IMG/VR virus record: IMGVR_UViG_3300045988_059686
Location: 1 to 43,283 of that record
Length of the DNA: 43,283 nucleotides
Origin: a virus
Strand: one strand, 5' to 3'
The notes beneath the pieces were generated by a model, which saw nothing but the letters and a program-made list of their open reading frames with translations, did no database searches and had not been told where the DNA came from. Both the position numbers and the translations under genes were made by a program. Of this stretch, positions 1-9,890 are shown one piece after another; within the stretch, counting starts at the first letter, position 1, and every line of letters begins with the position of its first letter.

Positions 1-263
1 TTTCAGGTTGCACACCTTTTCACGCTTGCGGGCTTGATTCATAGCGTTTGCAGAAGCGGCAATAATGCCGCACATAGGTACAGCCATGATATCCTCCTTA
101 CTGCGTGATTTCCTCGAAGCCGCTCTTGACGAGAATGTCCTTCACCTTCGGCTTCAGCAGACGAGGGCAACGCGCATACAGAGCCTTTGCCTCCTCCATA
201 GTCTCAGCGGACATAATTTCCTGTGCCCATAACATCGCCATCATAAGTACCATCCTTTCGATT
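1..263. repeat. 263-bp exact repeat, copy 1 of 3 (identical to 36948..37210 and 43021..43283). Identity of 1..263 with the window end implies a closed 43,020-bp unit.
   Basis: Read base by base. All three copies run from tttcaggttgcacacc to catcctttcgatt without a mismatch, and the flanks diverge. Confidence 0.95.
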
Positions 264-358
264 TTTTGTGTGATTTGTTTAAGCATTCTGAGCAGCTGCT
301 CATACCCGCTTATACGGGCGTTGCCGCTGGATGCAAGCGATACGTTCAAGTCAATCAT
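98..358 (-). CDS. Chimeric small ORF. The body (98..286, MLKQITQKIERMV...GFEEITQ) is an XkdX-like small tail-associated protein. It is preceded in frame by a 24-codon relic of a tail-fibre N-terminus (287..358).
   Basis: The N-terminus MIDLNVSLASSGNARISGYEQLL parallels [23 protein letters not shown] of the 838-aa fibre ORF at 41592. The C-terminal 59 aa are identical to ORF 37045..37233. The true start (358 or 286) is uncertain. Confidence 0.6.
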   Translation of the reverse strand: MIDLNVSLASSGNARISGYEQLLRMLKQITQKIERMVLMMAMLWAQEIMSAETMEEAKALYARCPRLLKPKVKDILVKSGFEEITQ

Positions 359-448
359 ACTTCAGCACCGCCTTCCGTGATACCCCACAGCGCCTCTAAG
401 CGGTCGCAGGCTGCCATGACGGCTTTGTGGATGCCGTCAATTACTTCT

Positions 449-2191
449 CTAAATGGTTTCATCGTCTGTCTCCATCGTTTGCAGCGCATAAGACCGCTGC
501 ACATCAGATGCATACCCCTTGAGCGTGCGGCTCAGGTCATACGCGGTAGTTGCTTTGCGGGCGCTGAGCGCCTGCAGGTCGGATATGCTGGAAAACTTTT
601 TGCCGAATGTGAACTCCTTCTTTGCTGGCTTGTCCAACGGCTCTACAAGCTTGTTGCAGTTGATCCACACATCAATGCCGTGGGGCGCGGAAATAATGTG
701 GGTCAGCTTACCGAAGGCGATCCTGTCCACGTCCACGCCCGCGTCCTTCAGGTCTACGGCTTTCACGGTGATGCCGTCTGCAAGGCGCAGGTGCTTGCCC
801 AGCTCTGTGTCTGCCGCGTCCTGAAGGGACTGCTTGGTGTTCGCGGTGCCGTCCAGCACCAGATACCGGGTGATCAGGCCGTACAGCTTCTCGGCGGTCG
901 TGTCTATGGCGGTGGCGGTCAGGGTGTTGGTGGTCTCCCACAGGAACCATCCGCTTTTTTTCCTGCCGATGGCAATCACCCGCGTGACAATATCCTCGGC
1001 TTTGACGTAGGTGTTTAGATCAAGCAGATTTGTTCCAAACGTTATGCCCTGCACATTGCGCTCTTCTGCGTCCTGCAAGTAGTCCAAATAACGAACGTAA
1101 TAGACATACTCTGGATACACATTTGGCAAAACAACTTTTTCATGCCGGGTGCATAGGTATCCTCCATACACGTCCACAAGCTCACTCTGGATAACGTCCC
1201 ACGTCTTGCCATAGTTTTTGCCGTCGCCAAAGTCGTGCAGCTCCTCCACAAGCTGCGGGGTGTAGTCTGCGGACTTTTCGCCGTTGACGTACACGTTGAC
1301 CGTGCCGTCCGTTTCGGTTTTGATACTGTAGGTCTTGGATTCGGTGTCCTTTTTGGTCACTTTAATGGTGCCGTCAAAATTATAGGTTTTTATTGGCGTA
1401 GTAATGGATGGAGTAACAACTGCTTGCTCTGCGTCATAGGTCTTGCTGCCCTGCGAGATCGCGTTTCGGCGGAGTGTAAACAGGTTGTCTCCTGTGCGCC
1501 AGATGAGATAATCTTTTCCGGTTTTGATCTCGTTCAGCGGCCAGCTCTTTTCCGGGGGAGTTTGCACTTCCTCATAATCAGAGTAGATATAGGAAAAGCT
1601 TTTGATAAGCTGGTTTCCGTTTTTGGAGTACAGTCCCCACTCCTGAAGGTAGTCGCCGTCCACGTCCGGGCTTCCGGCCGCGTAGTCCAGTTGCAGGTAA
1701 CACTTTTCTGCCACCGGCACATATCGCTTTCGCTCTTCAATGGTTACATTCCCGATCCGGAAGCTCTTATACATATCGGTGTCGCTAGAATGGTTCTGGC
1801 AGATAAAGTCCAAAAACTGCCGGATAGTCACGTCCTTGGCGGTGTAGGGTGGTACATCAGTGTCGTTGAGGTAGGCAAGTTCTCCCTCGCAGTATACCTT
1901 CTGCCGCAGCAGAAAATCCTGCTCATGGCTTATGACCCTGCCTTGCCAGATCTCCTTACCGTCCTGCTCCACGGATACCACCGTTTTCAGCTTTTGCAGC
2001 GCGCTGTGCGCCACATTGCCCAGTGGAATGGTAAATTCCAGACTTCCCGCCTTGCCGAACTCCCGGGTCAGCGTTGGGCTGATCAGTTTCATTGTCTCGA
2101 CCGCAGACCCGGGCGAGTAAATGCAAACTCGTTCGTCTTCGTCCCACTCGTCTACCGCGTTTAGCACACCCGCATAAATTTTGTAACTCAT
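449..2191 (-). CDS. Tail-associated protein / baseplate hub (Tal-like minor structural protein), 580 aa
   Basis: It follows TMP and Dit in the conserved siphovirus order. ATG 2191 overlaps the upstream stop as ATGA. The N-terminus MSYKIYAG...SLEFTIPL looks Tal-like. Confidence 0.7.
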   Translation of the reverse strand: MSYKIYAGVLNAVDEWDEDERVCIYSPGSAVETMKLISPTLTREFGKAGSLEFTIPLGNVAHSALQKLKTVVSVEQDGKEIWQGRVISHEQDFLLRQKVYCEGELAYLNDTDVPPYTAKDVTIRQFLDFICQNHSSDTDMYKSFRIGNVTIEERKRYVPVAEKCYLQLDYAAGSPDVDGDYLQEWGLYSKNGNQLIKSFSYIYSDYEEVQTPPEKSWPLNEIKTGKDYLIWRTGDNLFTLRRNAISQGSKTYDAEQAVVTPSITTPIKTYNFDGTIKVTKKDTESKTYSIKTETDGTVNVYVNGEKSADYTPQLVEELHDFGDGKNYGKTWDVIQSELVDVYGGYLCTRHEKVVLPNVYPEYVYYVRYLDYLQDAEERNVQGITFGTNLLDLNTYVKAEDIVTRVIAIGRKKSGWFLWETTNTLTATAIDTTAEKLYGLITRYLVLDGTANTKQSLQDAADTELGKHLRLADGITVKAVDLKDAGVDVDRIAFGKLTHIISAPHGIDVWINCNKLVEPLDKPAKKEFTFGKKFSSISDLQALSARKATTAYDLSRTLKGYASDVQRSYALQTMETDDETI

Positions 2192-2934
2192 AGGCTTGCT
2201 CCAAGACATTTTATGATAATGCTGCTCGCAGCGGAGAGGCTGCCGTTGGAAAAGGTCAGGGTGACGTTTTCGCCGTCCGGGATCTCTAGCCGCTCCAGAT
2301 ACTGCCACTCGGTCGTTTTTGCCAAAACGCCTACAAAGGAATTGTTTACCCGTAAAATGATAACCGCCTCGCTTTCGCCGCGCTGGAAGTAGACAGCAAC
2401 GGTGTGCGGTGCGCCGTAGACGACCACGTCCACCGACGTATTGGCTGGTAGCGCAATGCTGCGGTAGTCCTGAAGGATGTCTGTTTTAAAGTTGATGTCA
2501 TCCCACCGGATATCCTGCGTGCCGTCATAGACGCAGTACTTGTACGGATTACAGGTACCGGTGATGGTGACCGTAGCGGAGAGCCGCCCCGGCACGAATT
2601 TGACGTGCCACAGCCCCTCCCAGTACCAGGAGGGATCATCGTCAAACACGCATTGCAGCCACTTGCCCTCAAGGGCATTGTGCAGACGGCTTTGCAGTAC
2701 CTTCCACAGCTTTTTCGGCGCGGTGCACAGCAGCTCCATGGTAATGGAGCGCTTTTTGTAGTGCACCTTGCCGTCCAGTGCGGTGGTCAGGTTGAGCAGC
2801 GTATCAGAGCCGGTGACATGCACAAGGGTCTCGTCCGGTTCCGGCTCGCCGATGTTCGGGCTGCCCACCTTCATGTATAGCCCCCACGTTGCAAGGGTGT
2901 CGTAGTTTCCAATCTTTGCGCTGTGGATCGCCAT
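2188..2934 (-). CDS. Distal tail protein (Dit, siphovirus tail component)
   Basis: 248 aa lying immediately downstream of the tape measure gene. Sequence, size and position are typical of Dit. Confidence 0.7.
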   Translation of the reverse strand: MAIHSAKIGNYDTLATWGLYMKVGSPNIGEPEPDETLVHVTGSDTLLNLTTALDGKVHYKKRSITMELLCTAPKKLWKVLQSRLHNALEGKWLQCVFDDDPSWYWEGLWHVKFVPGRLSATVTITGTCNPYKYCVYDGTQDIRWDDINFKTDILQDYRSIALPANTSVDVVVYGAPHTVAVYFQRGESEAVIILRVNNSFVGVLAKTTEWQYLERLEIPDGENVTLTFSNGSLSAASSIIIKCLGASL

Positions 2935-5811
2935 TTAAGCACCCCTTTCTGCCCGCAGGGTGTACACGCCCATGCTGGTATCTATGTTGGTTGCAAGGCG
3001 CGGTGTGAGCATATCGGCAACCTTTTCGCCGTCCATGACAAGCTGCCCGGTGCCGATATCCGGCAGGTGCTCGTCCAGCATATCGCGGATCTGCTGCAAG
3101 ATGCCCAGCTGTGCATCCGTGCCGGTGGTCTTTTCCATGTAGCGGTGCTGCATGGCTGCCCGGGTGGAGAACTCGGTCAGGCTGTCGTACACGTCATGCC
3201 CGGCAAAGGGGCTTTCGTAGTGGCTCACAGACTGCCCGCCGCCGCTGCTCTTGCCAAATTTGGAGAACAGTGCAGCGCCCAGCGCCACCACGCCCGCCAC
3301 AATGGCGATGACGGCGGCAACTTCCGGGTTTGCCATGATCAGGCTGCCCACCTTGGCCAGCAGCCCGCCTGCGCCCTCTGCGATCGCGCCCAGACTGCCC
3401 ATGCTCCCGGCAAGGTTTGCAATATCCGTGCCCGCGTTGAGGGCAAAGCTGCCCATGCCGGAGCCAATGGTGTTCAGCACGCCCATGATCTTGCTGCCAA
3501 CGTCGGAGACGTTGATGCCCAGATCCTGAAACGCTTTGCTCAAGCCCTTAACGTCCGTTGTAACGCCGTCTGCCTCGGCTTTGATGCCGGTGGAGAGTAT
3601 CTTTTTAAAGGTTCTGAACGCCTCGCCAACGCCGCCGCCGGAATACGCCTCATTGATGGCTTCCAGCGCCTTGTTTGCCCAGTCGGACAGTACCTCGCGC
3701 TGCTCCTGTGACACCTCGCCCCACATTACGTTGACGATATCCAGCCCAAGTGCCGCCCAGTCCTGATTTTTCAGGTCGGTGTACAGGTTCTTGCCAAGCT
3801 TGAAGATACCGCTGTTAAACTGCTGCTGTGCCTTGCTCAGGTTCTCATCAATGCGTTTTTGTGTCGCCTTGATGCTCTTGTCGATGGCCTGAACGGTCTC
3901 TGTCACCTTGTCCTGCACGCCGTCAATGTAGCTGATGACCTTGGTGTAGGTCTGCCGCACGCCGTCCACAATGCGCTCGCCGGTCTCTGTGGCGGTGGTC
4001 TTGATGTGCTGGCTACCGTCCGCGTAGGTTTCCACGGACTGCTGCGTAGTGGTGGTGATGCCGTTGAAGGTCTTTTCTGCAATGGTGGTCAGTGTGCCAA
4101 GCAGGGTCTTGGACATATCGGCGTAGACCTTCTTGGTCGTGGTGCTTATCTTGCCGTTCGTGTCCGTAACTTTCTTGGTCACAAGCGTATAGGTGGTAGC
4201 AACGCCGTTGACAATCTCTTTGCCGGTCTCGGTGGTGGTCTCTGTAACACGGTCTTTGATTTTGCCCGCTGCGTCCTTGACCTTCTCATTCAAGGTCTCA
4301 ACGCTTGTAGTCACCGCGCCCAGCGCGTTCTGTGCGGTGGTGGTTGCGGTGTGCGTCACGGAAGATATGACGGTTTCGGTCTTGGAGGTGGATTTTGGGG
4401 TTTTGCCAGTCTTGGGGGTTTTGCCAGTCTTGCCGGAAGGACTTATGACGATGGAACTGCCAGATGTTCCGCTTTTTTTAGCGGGCACCCATCCGTCATT
4501 TTCGTCCCAGACCATGCCACTATGGTTATTGTCCCAGTTTTTTCTGCTTTCTTTTTGAATTTTTTTGCTTTCTTGGTCTGAATTGAACGCCTTTTTATAA
4601 ACGGCATCCCAGTCACCATGGAAAATGCCAATTTCTCCGCTTTTCAAAGCATCAAAAACAGCTTTCAGGCCAACAGCAGCGGATTTGGCCTTGTTTATAA
4701 CGCTGGTAAGACCTGTTATTTCCCCGATAAGGCCACTCCATCCGTCAAGTTTGTATGCGTCTTGAGCGGCTATAACCATTTCGTTCAGTTTGGAAATAAC
4801 GCCACCAAGAGCGTTTGTTAGATTTCCAGTCAAAAGCCCGGCCAGCTGGCTGACGTTATCCTTCAGGGTGGATATACGCCCGTTCATGGTCTGGCTCTGG
4901 GTATCCATTGCGTTATAGTAACGCCCGCCCTCCTCGCTGGCGGCTATGAGCGCCTGCGAAAGAAGGTCGTAGCTGATGGTCATGCTCTGGACTTCCTGCA
5001 CCGATTTGCCGGTGTAGTCTGCCAAAATCTGATAGATATTGATGCCCGCATAGGCAAACTGCTTAATGTCGATTGCGGCAGCCTTGCCAACGTTTGCGAT
5101 CTGCTGCAGGTTTGCAGCCATGCGGGACAGTTCGGCGCTGCTGCCTCCTGTTGCGGAAACTGCATCGCCCAGTGCGTTGATGACCTTGCGGGAATACGCA
5201 GCATTTTCGCCTGCGCTGATGAGCAACTGGTTTGCCTGCGTCAGGGATGCCACGTCAAACGGGGTGCGCGCCGCATCCTCCTGAATGGCCTGCATAGCTT
5301 CCTGTGCGGCCTGTGCGCTGCCCAACATATTGGTAAAGCCGGTGGTGTACTTTTCTATCTGTTCATTGTAGGAGATGCCCGTCTGAACAAACTGGACTGC
5401 AAAATCCTTTACCTTGCTTACTGCCGTTTGCGTGATGTTTGACAAGATGTTGGCTTTTGCAATCGCGCCGGTCAAAATCTTGCCAAAGCTTGCAACGCCG
5501 TTCCCGGCGCTGTCTGTTTTTTTACTAAAGCTATCCATATACTGCTGCGCAGTATTTAACCCTTTAGCCGTTGCATCCAACTGCTTTTGTGCGTCTGACA
5601 GCTTTTGCTTTAAGTCCTTGGTGGCTTTGGAGTTTTCTCCGGTTTCTTTGCTGGATTTTTGATAAGCAGCAGTGAGATGCAAAACATCGCTATACAAACG
5701 GTTATAATCCTTTGTCATGCTGGCAACGGATGATTTAGTTTGTTCTTTTGCTTCCTCGATGCTCTGCTCGTAGTCAGAGGTATCCATGCCCAAACTTGCC
5801 ATCAAGTGCAT
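2935..5811 (-). CDS. Tail tape measure protein
   Basis: 958 aa, the longest structural ORF. It is Ala/Gly/Thr-rich and helical, has a hydrophobic Gly-rich C-terminal third, and contains the TP901-type core AARTPFDVASLTQANQLLISAG. Confidence 0.9.
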   Translation of the reverse strand: MHLMASLGMDTSDYEQSIEEAKEQTKSSVASMTKDYNRLYSDVLHLTAAYQKSSKETGENSKATKDLKQKLSDAQKQLDATAKGLNTAQQYMDSFSKKTDSAGNGVASFGKILTGAIAKANILSNITQTAVSKVKDFAVQFVQTGISYNEQIEKYTTGFTNMLGSAQAAQEAMQAIQEDAARTPFDVASLTQANQLLISAGENAAYSRKVINALGDAVSATGGSSAELSRMAANLQQIANVGKAAAIDIKQFAYAGINIYQILADYTGKSVQEVQSMTISYDLLSQALIAASEEGGRYYNAMDTQSQTMNGRISTLKDNVSQLAGLLTGNLTNALGGVISKLNEMVIAAQDAYKLDGWSGLIGEITGLTSVINKAKSAAVGLKAVFDALKSGEIGIFHGDWDAVYKKAFNSDQESKKIQKESRKNWDNNHSGMVWDENDGWVPAKKSGTSGSSIVISPSGKTGKTPKTGKTPKSTSKTETVISSVTHTATTTAQNALGAVTTSVETLNEKVKDAAGKIKDRVTETTTETGKEIVNGVATTYTLVTKKVTDTNGKISTTTKKVYADMSKTLLGTLTTIAEKTFNGITTTTQQSVETYADGSQHIKTTATETGERIVDGVRQTYTKVISYIDGVQDKVTETVQAIDKSIKATQKRIDENLSKAQQQFNSGIFKLGKNLYTDLKNQDWAALGLDIVNVMWGEVSQEQREVLSDWANKALEAINEAYSGGGVGEAFRTFKKILSTGIKAEADGVTTDVKGLSKAFQDLGINVSDVGSKIMGVLNTIGSGMGSFALNAGTDIANLAGSMGSLGAIAEGAGGLLAKVGSLIMANPEVAAVIAIVAGVVALGAALFSKFGKSSGGGQSVSHYESPFAGHDVYDSLTEFSTRAAMQHRYMEKTTGTDAQLGILQQIRDMLDEHLPDIGTGQLVMDGEKVADMLTPRLATNIDTSMGVYTLRAERGA

Positions 5812-5816
5812 AACAT

Positions 5817-6062
5817 TTAAGCCCGTACTTCACCACCTCCGTTCTGCTCTGCGGCTTTTTTACTGTCTGCAAGCGTCTTTTCCCAACACGCCTGCGCTTC
5901 TTCCAGCGTGGTCTCGTGTCGGCGCTGGGATAGCGGCTTGTCGTACTCTGCCATGATCTCGCTGAAGGACTGCTCTACCTGCTGCCCCAGCGATACAGCA
6001 CAAAGAAAAAGCATATCAGCCGTGTACAGCTGGTATGCTCTTGTGCGCTGGCGTTCGCGCAT
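5817..6062 (-). CDS. Probable -1 frameshift extension of the tail assembly chaperone (gpT-like part of a G/GT pair)
   Basis: This frame stays open upstream through the end of 6092..6565 and sits at -1 relative to it. It lies between the chaperone and TMP. I saw no canonical slippery heptamer. Confidence 0.45.
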   Translation of the reverse strand: MRERQRTRAYQLYTADMLFLCAVSLGQQVEQSFSEIMAEYDKPLSQRRHETTLEEAQACWEKTLADSKKAAEQNGGGEVRA

Positions 6063-6091
6063 CTCGCTGATGACGAACCAGACGAAATACT

Positions 6092-6565
6092 TTATTCCGT
6101 AGGCGCGGAGATGCTGGAGGTCGGCGCGGCAGAGGTAGTGCCAAAACTCAGGCCGTTCAAGTCGGCCAGCGATGACAAAAAATCCTGCATATCCTCCTGC
6201 ATCACGGACTTGGTAAGCGCGGTGAATGCCTTGGGCAGGGTGTCTTTCTCGCCCTTTTCCAGCGTGTACAGCTGGTGCAGGGCGTTCATGGTGCGCTGCG
6301 GGTCAAGCTTCATCAGGGGCTTGATAAAGTCCAGCGCAGCCAGCGCAAACTCGCGCGGGGTCAGCTTTTTCTTGCCCTCTGCGGTTTCGGCAGGCTCTGC
6401 GCCCAGCAGCTTCATGGCGTTGGCAACAATGGTCTCCCGGGCGGCTTTGGTCTCCGGGTTGTCCACGTTGTCCTTTGCGTCCATGATCATGCGGGTGATG
6501 CCGTCCACCGCGTCATACAGCTTGGGCAGGGCTTCCACGGGGTCAAGATTGATGGTAAGAATCAT
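6092..6565 (-). CDS. Tail assembly chaperone (gpG-like), 157 aa
   Basis: Start trimmed to ATG 6565 (TAATG overlap with the major tail stop). It is acidic and lies between the major tail and TMP genes. Confidence 0.6.
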   Translation of the reverse strand: MILTINLDPVEALPKLYDAVDGITRMIMDAKDNVDNPETKAARETIVANAMKLLGAEPAETAEGKKKLTPREFALAALDFIKPLMKLDPQRTMNALHQLYTLEKGEKDTLPKAFTALTKSVMQEDMQDFLSSLADLNGLSFGTTSAAPTSSISAPTE

Positions 6566-7128
6566 TACTCTGCCGCCTCCTTTACGTAGAACTCCATAGG
6601 CACCTTGCTGGTGTCTGTCATGTCGTAGTGACCCTTCAGGCTCAGGTTGATGTTGCCCTTGCCGTCCTTGGTGGTTTTCAGTTCCAGACCGCCATCGCTT
6701 ACAGCCTTCATCAGCTTGACCGCGGCATAGCCGCCGCCGATCAGATTGCCGTGCCACCAGATATCCTGGAAGTCCTCGTTTTTGTAGTCCTCGCGGACGG
6801 TGATCTTGTTGGTTTCCACGTCTGCCGCACCCAGTTCAAGCTTAATGGTATCGGCGCTCACGGTCATGCAGGTGGTAGACATCCCGCAATCCCAGCTGGT
6901 AATGTGTTTGAGCTGGTAGGTGTTCTCAGGCACTTCGTCCAGATCCTCGCCCATGTCAACAGTGTTGGGCTTGCATCTGACGGTGATACCGCCGGAAGTC
7001 AGGCAGATCATATCCTCTGCTGCAATGGGGGTAGTGCCCGCCGGGTCAAACTTCTTCAGCAGTGCACCCGCCTGAAACTGAAGCGTTTTGAAAGCATCTG
7101 CCGAAATGGCGTGATACATTTTGTTCAT
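6565..7128 (-). CDS. Major tail protein
   Basis: 187 aa, upstream of the chaperone/TMP genes, with beta-rich sequence typical of siphovirus tube proteins. Confidence 0.7.
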   Translation of the reverse strand: MNKMYHAISADAFKTLQFQAGALLKKFDPAGTTPIAAEDMICLTSGGITVRCKPNTVDMGEDLDEVPENTYQLKHITSWDCGMSTTCMTVSADTIKLELGAADVETNKITVREDYKNEDFQDIWWHGNLIGGGYAAVKLMKAVSDGGLELKTTKDGKGNINLSLKGHYDMTDTSKVPMEFYVKEAAE

Positions 7129-7141
7129 GCGTTATCCTTTC

Positions 7142-7519
7142 TCACACCACAAAGGATGTGACGTCAAAAGTAAGGTATGTGCACAGGTATTTTTCCGGTG
7201 GATTGTCCATAGACTGCGCCCACGGGTTGCCTGCGCATAAAAGAATTGCGCCGCCCTCGCACTCGATGGTAAGCCCATCACCAAGGGCAGCGCGCATCTC
7301 GTCTGTTTTGCGGATGATGGGCAGCTTGCCGCCGTCCACCGGATACCACAGCCGAGCATGGAAGGTGCTGCTCTCGTCAAAACCTTTGGGGATGACCGGC
7401 AGCACCGTAATATAGGGCATGGAAGCGCCCTGCGGCACGAAATCCTCCGGGTATACCGGAATCTTGAACAGCATAAAATAGCTGTTCAGCGCCGTGGTAA
7501 TGGCTTCTGCTGCGCCCAT
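7142..7519 (-). CDS. Tail completion / tail terminator-like protein
   Basis: 125 aa after trimming to ATG 7519 (TGATG overlap). It lies directly before the major tail gene. Confidence 0.45.
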   Translation of the reverse strand: MGAAEAITTALNSYFMLFKIPVYPEDFVPQGASMPYITVLPVIPKGFDESSTFHARLWYPVDGGKLPIIRKTDEMRAALGDGLTIECEGGAILLCAGNPWAQSMDNPPEKYLCTYLTFDVTSFVV

Positions 7520-7890
7520 CAGGAAAGCACCACCTTTTTGCACTGCACAACGGCAAGATTCATCTGGCTTTCGGAGGGCGAAATCTTGTCGCTGCTCGCG
7601 GTGGTCACCTCATAGATCTGCTTATCGTCCAAACGCTTGATGTGGTCGAATGGGGACAGCTTGATGCCCTTATCCACATAGATGGAGTAGGTGGATGCCG
7701 TGCCCTGCTGCTCTGCCTGCTGCGCTTCTATGGTCTGGTCGTGGCGCTCGATGGCAAGGAACTCCATGCCGTCCTCCCATGTGGTGGTAGAGCCGAAAAG
7801 CCCGTCCGAAACCAGCTTTTTGACCATGAAGCAGAACTTTTTTGTAAAATTCTCCATCACGGTGAATTTAGTGAAATCGTTTACAGGCAT
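7519..7890 (-). CDS. Head-tail joining (head closure) protein
   Basis: 123 aa after trimming to ATG 7890 (TAATG overlap). Assigned by position within the connector gene block. Confidence 0.45.
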   Translation of the reverse strand: MPVNDFTKFTVMENFTKKFCFMVKKLVSDGLFGSTTTWEDGMEFLAIERHDQTIEAQQAEQQGTASTYSIYVDKGIKLSPFDHIKRLDDKQIYEVTTASSDKISPSESQMNLAVVQCKKVVLS

Positions 7891-8300
7891 TACAGTTTCC
7901 TCCATTGGTTGATCTCCCGGCGGTAGCGGGTGCAGCCGTCTGCGGGCAAGCCGTCCGTGCCGGTGGCCATGGTGCCGCTCCATCCGTTGAAGGACTGGGA
8001 AACATAGCGCCCACCGCCGGGGGTGGCTGCATCGTAGTCGGTTATCTTCTGGGCAAGCGCCACAAAATCAGGAGGGACGCGCATAGGCTGTACCGTGCCG
8101 GTAAAGGTCTCGGCGGTCAGGTCTCCGTCTCCCGCCTTGTGCACGCCGTCGTTAAAGATAGACCCGCACACAAGGAAATACTGCCCGGCTGATACCCCGG
8201 CGGGGACAGTATCTGCCGTGAAGGTAAATTCCCCGGCTACGGGGTCGTCATACCGGTCAAAGAAGTTTCGCGTGTACACGCACAGCTCCGGTACAGTCAT
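7890..8300 (-). CDS. Head-tail connector/adaptor protein
   Basis: 136 aa, the first gene after the major capsid gene. Confidence 0.4.
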   Translation of the reverse strand: MTVPELCVYTRNFFDRYDDPVAGEFTFTADTVPAGVSAGQYFLVCGSIFNDGVHKAGDGDLTAETFTGTVQPMRVPPDFVALAQKITDYDAATPGGGRYVSQSFNGWSGTMATGTDGLPADGCTRYRREINQWRKL

Positions 8301-8327
8301 GCGGGGTCACCTCCTTAAAAAGTGCGA

Positions 8328-9221
8328 TTATGCGCCCGGGGTAATGGTCTGGACAGAGATGCCGTCCAGATACTCGGCAAACAGGGTAACGCCGGTAATG
8401 GCAAAGCTTTCGGACACAGCGGTGGTGTAGTTGCCCTGCGTATGGAAGCCGATCAGGTTGCTTGCCTCGCCTGCGGTGGTGTACACCAGACCGGCCTTTG
8501 CGTAGTCGCTGTCAGAGGGGTCAACGTAGTACATCACGATGTTGTCAACAGGGGTGGCAATGACCTTGCCCTTTGCGATCTCGCCATCGGACAGCAGGAA
8601 GATGGTGTTGTAGCCCATGAAGTCCTTGATATACTGGAAGCCGTACTGGTTCTGGATGGTGATGTTTGCGGTGCCCAGATACTCGGCCACGTCCAGAACG
8701 TTTGCAAAGCCCACCACGCCGGTGACGGTGCGGTGCATGTTCTTGAACTTGTTCTCCACGCTGCCCTTTGCCATTGCCAGAGCCATCTGGAAGGTCTTGG
8801 GCGTACCCTTCAGGCTGCCGGTGTTCAGGTACTTGTAGAACTTGTCGGTCACCTTTGCGGTCAGGTCGTACAGGAACTCGTCATCGGTCTTCTGGACAGC
8901 GACCTCATAGCCGTAATTCTGGATAGCCTCGATGGTGACGGCCTTGGCGTACTTCTCGATGGTGATCTTGCCGTAGTTCTTCTCTTTGACGGTGTACTGG
9001 CTGTAGGGGATCTCCTCACCCTCTGCCACGGTGCCACTCTGCAGGGTGCCCTGTGCGTACTTGCTCTTCAGCACAGTGCCGGGCTGCATACGGATGGGGC
9101 GCATGATGCCCATGATCTCCCGCAGATGATCCCAGTTGCGCTGGAAACGGGTCACAAAGTCGATCTCGCGGGGGTTGACGGTGATCTCGGTGGTGGTAAT
9201 CAGATTTGCTTTTGCTGCCAT
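8328..9221 (-). CDS. Major capsid protein
   Basis: 297 aa, directly after the scaffolding gene, with strongly biased codon usage. The N-terminus is MAAKANLITTTEITVNPREIDFVTRF. Confidence 0.75.
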   Translation of the reverse strand: MAAKANLITTTEITVNPREIDFVTRFQRNWDHLREIMGIMRPIRMQPGTVLKSKYAQGTLQSGTVAEGEEIPYSQYTVKEKNYGKITIEKYAKAVTIEAIQNYGYEVAVQKTDDEFLYDLTAKVTDKFYKYLNTGSLKGTPKTFQMALAMAKGSVENKFKNMHRTVTGVVGFANVLDVAEYLGTANITIQNQYGFQYIKDFMGYNTIFLLSDGEIAKGKVIATPVDNIVMYYVDPSDSDYAKAGLVYTTAGEASNLIGFHTQGNYTTAVSESFAITGVTLFAEYLDGISVQTITPGA

Positions 9222-9224
9222 AGA

Positions 9225-9812
9225 TTATTCCTTTCCGCCGCCTGTGAACAGGTCGGCATTTGCTGCAATCGCTGCCTGACGCTCGGTTGCGTCTTTGATG
9301 TTGATGATTTGTTCTTTGGTCATTTTGGAGCCGGTGTTTGCGGGCGGGTTGTCCACCGGTGCGCCCTTGGTGGAGGTGCTGCCCACATAATCGCTCCAAT
9401 CGGTTTTCAGGCTCTCGGCCAGCTTGTCCGCGTTCTTCACATTGCCCTTGCTGTCCAGTTCCATCTTGTCGATGTCCTCGCCAGACAAGCGCACGATGCG
9501 GTCAAAGTACTTTTCCAGCACACCTGCGGCTTTGAGCTGCTCCCGGAACTTTGCTTCCTTGGCTGCATGGGCGTCCTTCTTGGTCTGCTGGGTCTTGTAG
9601 TCGGTCAGCGCCTGCTCTGCGGTCTGCTTACCGCTGTTGGCTGCGTCCCGTTCCTTTTCCGCTGCAACGCGGGCGTTTTTCTCGGTATCCAGCTCGTCCC
9701 GGAGGGCATCGGTCTCCTCGTGCAAGGCGTCCAGAATGGCTTTTGCCTTGTCATCGTTAGAGGTTTCGGCGTTTTCCAGAATCTTGCGGATATCTGCTCT
9801 TTTGAGTGCCAT
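9225..9812 (-). CDS. Scaffolding protein
   Basis: 195 aa after trimming to ATG 9812 (RBS GAAAGGA). It is highly charged with a helical Glu/Lys/Ala-rich sequence and lies upstream of the capsid gene. Confidence 0.7.
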   Translation of the reverse strand: MALKRADIRKILENAETSNDDKAKAILDALHEETDALRDELDTEKNARVAAEKERDAANSGKQTAEQALTDYKTQQTKKDAHAAKEAKFREQLKAAGVLEKYFDRIVRLSGEDIDKMELDSKGNVKNADKLAESLKTDWSDYVGSTSTKGAPVDNPPANTGSKMTKEQIINIKDATERQAAIAANADLFTGGGKE

Positions 9813-9890
9813 GTGTATTTGTCCTTTCTGCCCTTGCTTGGGCTGCCATGCTTGGCAATAAGGTTTAATTTGCCGGGCGTGCTGCCGGTG

